From NCBI GenBank assembly GCA_963702845.1, contig OY969763.1, forward strand, positions 3,904,001 to 3,968,000: a DNA stretch of 64,000 bases, read 5' to 3'. The translations under genes were made by a program, and so were the position numbers. The notes beneath the pieces are model-generated. The model was not told where the DNA came from. It ran no database searches and was given only the letters and a program-made list of their open reading frames with translations. Every line of letters begins with the position of its first letter. Positions within the stretch are counted from its first letter, which is position 1. Below, piece after piece: positions 52,440 through 64,000 of this stretch. Source of the DNA: an uncultured Verrucomicrobiae bacterium (GTDB lineage Bacteria > Verrucomicrobiota > Verrucomicrobiia > Limisphaerales > Palsa-1400).

Positions 52440-52844
52440 GTGGGCCATCGATTGCATGTCAGCAAGCCTCCGGCGAAGCCCGTCATGATCTTCGACGGCG
52501 ATTGCGGATTTTGCCGTTTTTGGATCGACCGTTGGCAGCGCAACACTGGCGACCGCATCGAATACATTGCCAGCCAGGAAGCCGAAGTGCGTAGGCGATT
52601 CCCCGAAATCCCTCAGTCGGCATACGAAACTTCGGTCCAATACGTTGAAACCGACGGTGCCGCCTACCATGGCGCGGAAGCCGTGCTCAGATCCCGAACC
52701 GTGACTGGAAAACAATGGCTGCACTGGATTTATTACCATGCGCCGGGCGCACGGCTCATTTTCGAATTCTCCTACTCGTTCATCGCTTCGCACAGGGTCG
52801 CGATTAGCAGGCTCAATCGACTCGTCTTCGGCAAAAATCCATAG
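52440..52844 (+). CDS. DCC1-like thiol-disulfide oxidoreductase (DUF393)
   Basis: MIFDGDCGFC, GAEAV, YSFIASHR. Confidence 0.85.
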   Translation: MGHRLHVSKPPAKPVMIFDGDCGFCRFWIDRWQRNTGDRIEYIASQEAEVRRRFPEIPQSAYETSVQYVETDGAAYHGAEAVLRSRTVTGKQWLHWIYYHAPGARLIFEFSYSFIASHRVAISRLNRLVFGKNP

Positions 52845-52891
52845 ACGCAATTGACTCGATACCGCTTGCCTGCGTAGCCTTGCAATGCCGT

Positions 52892-55204
52892 ATGACTAGC
52901 CCAGTTCGTTTTGCCCAATCGCTCGTGCTTGTACTGTTCACCGCAACATCCGCGAATCTTCACGCGCAAGCCACCCACATTCCGACGCTCGAAGAAGCTC
53001 AAGTCGCCAAGCGCGACGTTTGGGGCGAAGCCGCCATCGCCCAGCCAAATGGACCAAGTTACGAATTTTTCGAAAAACTCCTGCCCCCGCCGCGCTATGT
53101 CGATGCCGAATTCAAATACTATCCGATTCCGCTGAGCGCGCCGAACGCGCCGGTGAAAGCGCATCTCATTTCCAACGGCAGCGGCATCAACCTCTGGGGC
53201 ATTGCGCACAATTGGAAAGAACATCCGGCCGCATTTCATTTCCGCTTGGGCCCCGATCAATACGAGTTCGGCGGCCAACTCAGCCGCCTGCAAGAACCCA
53301 CGCTTGCTGAAGGTTACTTGCCGATTGTTGAAATTCGCTACCAGCACCCCAGCCCAACCGACAACGAAGCATGGCTCCCACTGAACCAAAAAACCAACGC
53401 CAACATCCCCCCAGAAATTTACAAACTCGAAGCCTTCGCTCCCACCGACAAGGCGTCCGCCGAATACGGCATTGCGTTCGTCAAATTCTCACTCGCGCAG
53501 GGAAACAACGGTTATGTCACCGTCGTTACCGATGCGCGCAGCCAACTCAAAGTAAAAGACGGCGTTCTCACCAACGACAAAGGTCAGATCCTCGCCTGGT
53601 TCGACAAGCACTGGAAATGCTCCGCCAATCGCGCCGAAGCAAAATTCGGCGGCAAAACAGTCGTCACACTCGCCGTCGCCAGCAAACCGGTAGAAGGAAA
53701 GTTCGACCTGCAAATGTCCGCCGAGCGCTACGCCAAAGACCGCGAAACATGCGCACAAACCTGGCGCGACATTCTCGGCCAGGGCATGAAAGTCGAAACG
53801 CCCGAACCGGTCGTCAATAACGCCTGGCGCCATTTGCTCGTGCAAAACTTCGAACTCATCAACGAGGACAAAATCAAATACAGCACCGGCAATTCCTACG
53901 ACGGCTTGTATGAAGCCGAAGGCAGCGATGCCGCACTCGCCATGATGGTTTGGGGCTACGAGCAGGACGCAAAACGCTTGATGGGCCCGCTCTTCGACTT
54001 TACCCGCAAAGGCCTCGAATATCACCAGGCCGGTTTCAAGCTAAATGACATCTGCCGCTATTACTGGCAAACACGTGACGCATCGATCTTCAAAGATTAT
54101 GAATCGCGCTGGCGCAAAGAAGCCGACCGCCTCGACAAACACCGCACCGGCGCGCACGGTCTCTTTCCCGAAGAACAATATTGCGGCGACGTTCACACCC
54201 GCTGCCAAAGCCTCAACGTAAACTCCAAGGCGTGGCGCGGCATGCGCGACCTCGGCGCGACCCTGCAGGAAATCGGCAATTCTGAAGGCGAGCACTACAT
54301 TCAGGTCGCCAACGAGTTCCGCCCGAAAGTTTTGGAAGCCGTTCGCGCCAGCGCCATTCATTCGACCACGCCGCCCTTTGTGCCGATGGCCCTCTTCACC
54401 AACGAAGGCCCGCACGACCCCATCACCCTTGTGCGCATTGGTGGTTATTGGAACATCATAATCGGCTACACCATTGCCAGCGGCGTGTTCCCGGTGGGCA
54501 GTGAAGAAGAAAACTGGATTCCAAATTATCAGGAAAATTACGGCGGTCTCGTCATGGGTATGATTCGCGCCGGTGGTCCCGTGGTGCGTTGGTGGAATTC
54601 CAGTTTCAAAGTCAACCCGCTCTATGGAACCCGCTACGCTCTCGACACCTTGCGCCGCGATGACGTCGATCGCGCGCTCGTTTGCTTCTACGGAATGCTC
54701 GGACAAGGCTTCACCCGCAACACGTTCGAATCCGGCGAAGTCCAATGCCTAACGCCACTCGACGAAGGCGGGCGCTTATTGTCACTGCCTCCGAACAGCG
54801 CCGCCAATTCCCACCTCCTCTCGATGCTCCGTTACATGCTCGTGCAGGATTACGACAACACCGACGACGGCAAGCCCGACACCTTGCGCCTTTGCTTCGC
54901 CACGCCGAAACGCTGGATGGAAGACGGCAAGACTTTGAACATCGAACGCGCACCGACAACGTTCGGCCCCGTTGCAATCAAAATGGAATCGCACATCGCG
55001 CAAGGAAACGTCACCGCAGAAGTCACGTTGCCCGAACGAAATGCGCCGGACAAAATCCTGATGCGCGCGCGTGTCCCAGATGGTTTCAAAACCGTTTCTG
55101 CGGAAGTCGAAGGCAAAACCTTCAAAGCCGATGACAAAGGCACCGTCGACCTCACCGGCCTTAAAGGCAAACATACCATCCATTTCGCCGTCGAAAAAAT
55201 TTAA
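52892..55204 (+). CDS. Secreted ~770 aa hypothetical protein, possibly an (alpha/alpha)6 glycoside hydrolase (paralog 1)
   Basis: Signal peptide; C-terminal TLRLCFATPKRW..RAPTTFG; colinear similarity to the next gene. Confidence 0.7.
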   Translation: MTSPVRFAQSLVLVLFTATSANLHAQATHIPTLEEAQVAKRDVWGEAAIAQPNGPSYEFFEKLLPPPRYVDAEFKYYPIPLSAPNAPVKAHLISNGSGINLWGIAHNWKEHPAAFHFRLGPDQYEFGGQLSRLQEPTLAEGYLPIVEIRYQHPSPTDNEAWLPLNQKTNANIPPEIYKLEAFAPTDKASAEYGIAFVKFSLAQGNNGYVTVVTDARSQLKVKDGVLTNDKGQILAWFDKHWKCSANRAEAKFGGKTVVTLAVASKPVEGKFDLQMSAERYAKDRETCAQTWRDILGQGMKVETPEPVVNNAWRHLLVQNFELINEDKIKYSTGNSYDGLYEAEGSDAALAMMVWGYEQDAKRLMGPLFDFTRKGLEYHQAGFKLNDICRYYWQTRDASIFKDYESRWRKEADRLDKHRTGAHGLFPEEQYCGDVHTRCQSLNVNSKAWRGMRDLGATLQEIGNSEGEHYIQVANEFRPKVLEAVRASAIHSTTPPFVPMALFTNEGPHDPITLVRIGGYWNIIIGYTIASGVFPVGSEEENWIPNYQENYGGLVMGMIRAGGPVVRWWNSSFKVNPLYGTRYALDTLRRDDVDRALVCFYGMLGQGFTRNTFESGEVQCLTPLDEGGRLLSLPPNSAANSHLLSMLRYMLVQDYDNTDDGKPDTLRLCFATPKRWMEDGKTLNIERAPTTFGPVAIKMESHIAQGNVTAEVTLPERNAPDKILMRARVPDGFKTVSAEVEGKTFKADDKGTVDLTGLKGKHTIHFAVEKI

Positions 55205-55205
55205 T

Positions 55206-57517
55206 ATGATCGTCCGCGTTCTTGCTGTTCTCGCGGCCGCTGTGGTTTCGAGCACAGCGGAACCGCTGCTTTCATTCGAAAAAGCCGTCCTCTCCAGCCG
55301 CGACGAATGGGGAGTCGCCGCGATGCAACAAACCAACGGCGCGAGCTACGAATTTTTCGAAGACCTGCTGCCGCCTCCGCGATATGTAAACGCCGACTTC
55401 CGGTTCTATCCCATCGTGCTCAGCGCACCGCACGCCCGCGTAAAAGCACGACTGATTTCCAATGGCAGCGGAGTCAATCTGCGCGGCGGCTCGCGCGGTT
55501 GGAATGATCCCGGAACGCCGATCACCTTCCGCGTTGGTCCCGACGAATTGAGGTTCGGCGACATTTTGAATCGTCTCCATCAGCCCACGCTCGCCGACGG
55601 TTACCTTCCGATTGTCGAGATTCGTTACGAACATGGAGTCGAAGCAAGCAAGTATCTACCAAAGCCGGGTACAGCCCCAGCAGCAGGGCATCAGCAGGCC
55701 GGCTTCGAACACATGTCGAACGTTTACAGTCTGGAAGCCTTCGCGAGCACAGATGCCGAATTAGCAAGCAACGGCGTCGTCTTTGCAAAATTCTCACTCG
55801 CCAGCGGCAGCAACGGAATCATCACCGTTCACGCTGAGACGCGACCGAATAAATTTACAAACGGCTTCATCGTTGATGCGGATGGCCAGGGCTTGGTCTG
55901 GCTGGAGAAAACCTGGGACATGGCGCGCGGCACAGCCCACGCGAGGATCGGCACAAACAAATTCGCCATCATCGCGATCGCCACAAAACCGTTTCCTGCC
56001 GCCCAACTCAAAACCCTAATCGCCAGCGGCAAATTCAACTACGACGCGCAGCGAAAGCAATGCAGGGACACATGGAACAAGTTGCTGACGCGCGGCATGA
56101 ACGCCGAAGTTCCCGAACCCGTCGTGAACAACGCCTGGCGCAATCTCATCATTCAGGACATCTCGATCATTCTCGATGACAAGATGAATTACAGCGCGGG
56201 CAATCAATATCAAAAAATGTACGCAGCCGAGAGCACCGACGCCGCATTGCCTTTGCTGGCGTGGGGACAGGAAGAGGAGATGCGTCACGTGTTTGATGGA
56301 ATAATGAACGTCAAAGATGACCGCCTGCCGCACCATTTCGCCGGTCATAAATTGACCGATGTCATTCGTTATTATTGGCAGACGCGCGATTTGGCGTTCA
56401 TCAAAGGAAAAGCGGCCGGTCTGGCAAAAATATCTCGATTCCATTCTCAATGGCCGCACCGGTGAACACGGTTTGCTGCCGAAAGAAAACTACTGCACTG
56501 ATATCGAAGAGCCATGCTACTCGTTTACCGCCAACGCAACTTGTTGGTCGGCCGTGCGCGATATGGTTCCCGTGCTCGAGGACCTCGGCGACAAACAGGA
56601 GGCCGCGAAGGTCGCGGCGTTTGCTGCGGATTTTAAGCAGAAGATTCTCGCCGCAGTCGAAGAGAACCTGCATCGCGAAACAGCTCCCCCATTCATTCCA
56701 ATGGGATTGTATTCTCCTGAACAAACACACGATCCCATCTACAACACGCGCATTGGCGGATATTGGGATTTGATTTCGGGTTATATCCTCGACTCCCGTA
56801 TTTTTGCTGGCACCGAAAAAGAAACATGGCTGCCGACCTACTATCAAGAGCATGGCGGATTGTTCATGGGACTGACACGCTCAGGCACACCTGATCATAC
56901 GTTTTGGACCGGACAACATCGCACGAATCCGCTCTACGGCATGCGCTACATCGTAGATTGTTTGCGCCGTGACGACGTTGAACGCGCGTTGGTCAGCTTC
57001 TACGGAATGCTCGCGCATGGCATGACTCGCAACACGTTCATCGGTGCGGAAGGTTGTTCGATTCAACCGCTCGATGAAGGTGGCCGATTCTTTTATTGCC
57101 CGCCGAATACTTCGGCCAACGGACAATGGATTGCAGTCCTCCGCAACATCCTCGTCCAAGACTGGGACGTGGATGAAGACGGCCGGCCTGACACTTTGCG
57201 CCTCGCCTTCGGCACACAGAAGCGTTGGCTCGAAGATGGCAAGACCATCAAAGTTGAGAGCGCGCCAACGGCATTTGGTCCGGTGTCCTACCAAATCGAA
57301 TCACACCTCAGCAACGGACACATCCTGGCGAACGTCGAACTGCCCACTCGCAACAAAGCGAATCAGATTCTGCTTCGCGTGCGGGTGCCAGATGGCTGGC
57401 GCGTCACGAACGCCAGTGTCGACAATCGAGGCCTTACCCGTTGATGAAAAAGGTTCGGTCAATTTGACGAGCTTGCAAGGCAAGCTCGCGATCAACTTCG
57501 ATGTAAGCCGTAACTGA
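55206..57517 (+). CDS. Secreted hypothetical protein, paralog 2 (frameshifts near 56410 and 57435)
   Basis: Shares [55 protein letters not shown]. Confidence 0.7.
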
Positions 57518-60367
<2,850 letters not shown>

Positions 60368-60387
60368 AAAATCGTTCAAATGAATGA

Positions 60388-60423
60388 AAATTAGGGCTCA
60401 ACAAAGCTGTGTCAAGACACAGC
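60388..60423 (-). promoter_or_regulatory. Putative acnA promoter (TTGACA-N16-TAATTT) with a palindrome over the -35 box
   Basis: gctgtgtc-aa-gacacagc (60406-60423) contains TTGACA on the minus strand. Confidence 0.5.
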
Positions 60424-60466
60424 GGGCCTTGAGCGACTCAGCTCAGGGCCAAATTTGAGCCCAGTC

Positions 60467-60588
60467 AAAAATTTATTTTTTTAAAGGTTTCGGTTTACTT
60501 CGGTTTACTTCGGTTTACTTCGGTTTGGCTCGGTTAGGTGCGGTTTCACCGAGGCTGCGCCGAGCCTTCACGCAGGTTGCCGCCGTTT
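60467..60588 (-). repeat. Phased decamer array B (CGGTT every 10 bp x6; CGGTTTACTT x3 exact) plus inverted cores and A-tract
   Basis: Cores at 60491, 60501, 60511, 60521, 60531, 60541; inverted CCGAG at 60549 and 60560. Confidence 0.85.
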
Positions 60589-60630
60589 AACCACCAAGAT
60601 CAAGACACCAAAGAACTTCACGGAATGTTC

Positions 60631-60690
60631 TAATGCTACAATCAGCTACAAGTAGCTACTATCAGCAACAACGTTGCAACCGTAGCAACT
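60631..60690 (+). repeat. Phased decamer array E (GCWAC x6)
   Basis: Cores at 60635, 60645, 60655, 60665, 60676, 60685. Confidence 0.75.
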
Positions 60691-60730
60691 TTCCCCAATC
60701 ATGAAAAGCGGCCCTGCGCCCCAGAAACTC

Positions 60731-60785
60731 CTCCGATTTTGCGAAGTCTTACGGAATTTTGTGGAAGGATGCGGCGGTTTGGTGC
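60731..60785 (+). repeat. Degenerate phased decamer array D (WTRYGRM x4)
   Basis: ttgcgaa 60739, ttacgga 60749, ttgtgga 60759, atgcggc 60769. Confidence 0.5.
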
Positions 60786-60970
60786 GAAAACATGGCGTTT
60801 TTGGTGTCTTCCGTGCGCGTATGTGTCTCATCCACAGAGGTCGACGCACGAAATGAGCTCTTTTTTTAAGGGGTAGGTGTTTTTAACCGAAACCGGAACG
60901 TCCGGCTCGCATACCCGCAACTCTCCGAAACCGCGTTCAATCCACAGGGCGCCTATCCTACCCGGAGGCG

Positions 60971-61038
60971 GATTTAGTCGCGATTGGTCGTAAGCTGTCC
61001 TGATTCGTCACGATTGGTGACAAGTCAGGACAACTGAC
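60971..61038 (-). repeat. Phased decamer array C (GATTnGTC-like) with inverted GAC cores
   Basis: GTC at 60977, 60987, 60997, 61007; GAC at 61019 and 61029. Confidence 0.65.
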
Positions 61039-61423
61039 ATTGGCATGCAAATTTTCAAAGAACGACTCGCTTTCGGATCAACCTACGGCTCGATTAACGA
61101 CGGAATTTGGATCCATTTTTTTAAAATGGATGCAAGCTCCATGTGGCCGAATTTCGGCAACGGCATATGTGTTAACATGTAGCTACGGTATCGGCAATGA
61201 TAAAGTTGTTGGTGGTCAAACATGTTTAACGACCAGCCGCCCAAGGAGAGGAGTAGTTGCGATTGAGGCAACCCATGCGGTCACGGTGCGCCGCAGTCTG
61301 TGTCAGTTGTGCGGAAAAAAGATGCTGCCGCGAGTTGCTCAAAATCAGGTTGAAAAAGCGCACGGCTGGGCAAACATAATAAGACCCCGCACGAAATGAC
61401 TTGGAGGCACGGGCAACTGCCCT

Positions 61424-62560
61424 ATGGCGGGAACAATTGTCAATTTTGCGATAGAGCAACCATCTGCCGATGAGCTTCTCATTCATCTGTCAGACAGCGG
61501 GCGTGACCGCACTGCGACGCCTTGCTTGTCGAAAAGCTATGACGCGCTGCGAAAGCACCCTCACGTCAAATCACTTTTCTTCGAGTCTTCCAAGCTAACG
61601 TCGTGGGATTCACGGTTGGTGGCATTTCTGCGGACGTGCCACGAATTCTGCGAATCGCGCAACATCCAATTTCATGATGAAGGATTGCCCCAAGGGATTC
61701 GCCGATTGCTGCGATTGGCCCAAATCCTTCCGGAGCGCGCCTGTTCGCACCAAGCCGTCGCCAGAGCAATATTTCTGCACCGATTAGGCGAACGCACAAT
61801 CAAACGCTGGCACAGCATCGTCGAGACGTTCACGTTCCTCGGTGAAAATCTGGTTGCTCTCGGCAACCTCGCGCGTGGGCGCGGTCAATTCCGTTGGTCG
61901 GACGCATTTCTGGTGATCGACGAATGTGGGCCGCAAGCGCTGGGAATAGTCGCGTTGATCAACTTCATGGTCGGAATGATTCTCGCCTTTGTCGGCGCAC
62001 ACGAACTGAACAAGTTTGGCGCATCGGCTTACATTTCCGATCTGGTTGGAGTCGCCACCGTCCGCGAAATGGGCTGTCTGATGACCGGCATAATTGTATG
62101 CGGTCGCACTGGCGCTGCCTTCGCCGCCCAACTGGGGACGATGAAGGTCAACGGCGAGATCAACGCCCTGAAAACCTTCGGTATCTCACCGATTGAGTTT
62201 CTCGTCCTGCCGCGAATGATTGCGCTCATCATCGCGATGCCGTTCCTCTGTGCGTTCGCGGATTTCATCAGCATCGCAGGCGGGCTCTTCGTCGCCTCGA
62301 GCATGCTGGATACGACGGTCAAAGAATATCTCGTTCAGACCGTTCAGGTGATTGCTTTGAAAGATTTCCTCCTCGGTATCTTCAAAGGTTCATTTTTTGG
62401 TTTTCTCATCGCATACACCGGCTGCCTTCGCGGCATGCAATCAGGCTCCAGCGCCGCAGCCGTCGGTGAAGCAACAACCAGCGCGGTCGTTACTGGAATT
62501 ACCGCCATCATCGCCGCCGACGGTATTTTCGCCGTTCTCACCTATTTCCTACAAATCTGA
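61424..62560 (+). CDS. mlaE: MlaE-family permease with N-terminal STAS-like domain
   Basis: WDSRLVAFL, VREMG.LMT..GRTGAAFAAQLGTMKV.GEINAL, VGEATTSAVV. Confidence 0.9.
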   Translation: MAGTIVNFAIEQPSADELLIHLSDSGRDRTATPCLSKSYDALRKHPHVKSLFFESSKLTSWDSRLVAFLRTCHEFCESRNIQFHDEGLPQGIRRLLRLAQILPERACSHQAVARAIFLHRLGERTIKRWHSIVETFTFLGENLVALGNLARGRGQFRWSDAFLVIDECGPQALGIVALINFMVGMILAFVGAHELNKFGASAYISDLVGVATVREMGCLMTGIIVCGRTGAAFAAQLGTMKVNGEINALKTFGISPIEFLVLPRMIALIIAMPFLCAFADFISIAGGLFVASSMLDTTVKEYLVQTVQVIALKDFLLGIFKGSFFGFLIAYTGCLRGMQSGSSAAAVGEATTSAVVTGITAIIAADGIFAVLTYFLQI

Positions 62561-62566
62561 AGCCAC

Positions 62567-63352
62567 ATGAACGATGACGTCAAAATTGAGATCCGCGACC
62601 TGACGATGGCCTACGGCTCGTATGTCGTCATGCGCGATCTCAATGCGCAAATAAAACGCGGCACCGTCTTCGTCGTCATGGGCGGCAGCGGTTCGGGTAA
62701 AAGCACGCTGCTCAAGCACATGATCGGCCTGCAGCGCCCCGTCAAAGGTGATGTTCTCTACGACGGCAAAAGTTTCTGGAACACGGACGACGACGAGCGC
62801 CGCATTCAATTGCGAAAATGCGGTGTGCTCTTTCAGAATGGCGCGCTGTGGAGTTCGATGACACTCGCCGAAAACGTCGCCTTGCCCCTCCAGGAATACA
62901 CCGACTGGTGCAAGGCCGACGTCGAAGACATCGTTCGCCTGAAACTCTCATTGGTCGGTTTGAGCGGATTTGAAGATTATTATCCGGCCGAAATCTCTGG
63001 TGGCATGCAAACACGCGCCGCCCTCGCCCGTGCCATGGCTCTGGACCCGGAAATTCTTTTCTTCGACGAACCCTCTGCCGGACTGGACCCGATCACTGCG
63101 CGAAACCTTGATGAACTGATTCTGCAACTACGCGACAGCCTCGGCGCAACCATCGTCGTTGTCACCCACGAACTGGCCAGCATCTTCATGATCGCTGACG
63201 ATTCCATTTTTCTGGATGCCGACACCAAAACCGTCGGGGCACAAGGCAATCCAAGGGACCTGGTCAAACATTCACCAGATCCAAAAGTCCGAGCGTTCCT
63301 GACGCGCGGCGAAAGTTCCGAACAGCCGACGAACACTGCCGCCGCGATATGA
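62567..63352 (+). CDS. mlaF: MlaF-family ABC ATPase
   Basis: GGSGSGKS, GVLFQNGALW, ISGGM, DEPSAGLDPI. Confidence 0.9.
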   Translation: MNDDVKIEIRDLTMAYGSYVVMRDLNAQIKRGTVFVVMGGSGSGKSTLLKHMIGLQRPVKGDVLYDGKSFWNTDDDERRIQLRKCGVLFQNGALWSSMTLAENVALPLQEYTDWCKADVEDIVRLKLSLVGLSGFEDYYPAEISGGMQTRAALARAMALDPEILFFDEPSAGLDPITARNLDELILQLRDSLGATIVVVTHELASIFMIADDSIFLDADTKTVGAQGNPRDLVKHSPDPKVRAFLTRGESSEQPTNTAAAI

Positions 63353-63380
63353 AACGCACAGCAACAATTCAAGGTCACGT

Positions 63381-64000
63381 ATGAGCAAGAAAGCAAATCC
63401 CACTTCTATCGGTTTGTTTTTCGCGGTGGGCGTCGCGCTGGGTCTCGCTGGCCTGCTCCTCTTCAGCTCGCGCAGTTTTTTCCACCCACAACAAAAGACC
63501 ATCATCTATTTCGATTCGTCGCTAAAGGGTTTGAATCCGGGAGCTCCGGTTAAATACCGCGGCGTCACTATCGGTTCTGTGTTCCAAATCTTTATTCGTC
63601 ACAATCAATCGCCAGCCGACTTTTCTATGCCGGTACTCATCAAAATTGATAAGACGCTGGCACAATCCAAGTCCGATGAAGCCCTTCAGATCGGAGACCC
63701 CGAGAATCTCAAGCGTCGTATCGAACACGGCATGCGCGCGAGACTCGACAGCGAAAGCCTCGTCACCGGCATCCTTTACGTTGACATCGAAGTTATCTCC
63801 AACGCGCCACCACCGGTCTTCCATCAACTCACGCCGGAGTACCACGAAATCCCATCCGTCCCGAGTGACGCTCAAAAACTTTTGGCCGAGCTCAGCCACA
63901 TGGATGTCAGTGGCCTTTCCAAAAAACTTAGCCATCTTCTCGCCCATCTCGACGACAGTCTTGGCGAGTTAGATGTCGCCAGTATAAACGAAGGCGTGAC
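63381..64000 (+). CDS. mlaD: MlaD/MCE-domain protein (3' truncated by the window edge)
   Basis: MSKKANPTSIGLF TM, FDSSLKGLNPGAPVKYRGVTIGSV, SLVTGILYV. Confidence 0.88.
   Translation, partial: MSKKANPTSIGLFFAVGVALGLAGLLLFSSRSFFHPQQKTIIYFDSSLKGLNPGAPVKYRGVTIGSVFQIFIRHNQSPADFSMPVLIKIDKTLAQSKSDEALQIGDPENLKRRIEHGMRARLDSESLVTGILYVDIEVISNAPPPVFHQLTPEYHEIPSVPSDAQKLLAELSHMDVSGLSKKLSHLLAHLDDSLGELDVASINEGV

Noticed and set aside
60489..60546. Possible CRISPR array
   Set aside because: 10 bp contiguous units with no unique spacers and no cas genes
61040..61399. 119 aa ORF upstream of mlaE (and 60646..60849)
   Set aside because: TTG/GTG-type start without RBS, atypical composition and no motifs; cannot be supported as a gene
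60380..61423. Possible replication origin
   Set aside because: Only isolated imperfect DnaA-box-like words (e.g. TCATCCACA near 60828), no box cluster, no dnaA/parAB nearby

Overview
A ~55% GC bacterial chromosomal window. Gene content (Planctomycete-type cytochrome c/FGE fusion, GuaB3, bS22-like microprotein, ECF sigma modules, GH106, sulfatase) suggests Verrucomicrobiota, probably Pedosphaera-like; this is an inference. About 60 genes: carbohydrate catabolism, a cell-envelope glycosylation/lipid cluster (MsbA-like, GT9, GT87-like, GT2, AsnB, GT4, PlsY, GNAT-aminotransferase fusion), exbB-exbD-tonB, guaB/purN/hisG/trpS, phosphate genes (DUF47, PiT, PPK2), tRNA-Gly(TCC), tsaB/tsaE/thiL, two ECF sigma loci, a tandem pair of unknown secreted ~770 aa proteins, acnA and mlaEFD. 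Many genes, including housekeeping ones, are split by single-base frameshifts, most likely long-read indel errors. No transposase, integrase, prophage or CRISPR was found. The most unusual signals: (1) non-coding arrays phased at ~10 bp, four with different core motifs packed into the acnA-mlaE intergenic region and a fifth at 13.2 kb that aligns gap-free to one of them with strand-reciprocal core changes; (2) a divergent PlsY coupled to a GNAT-aminotransferase fusion, a candidate aminolipid pathway; (3) two unannotated, highly basic microproteins flanking hisG.
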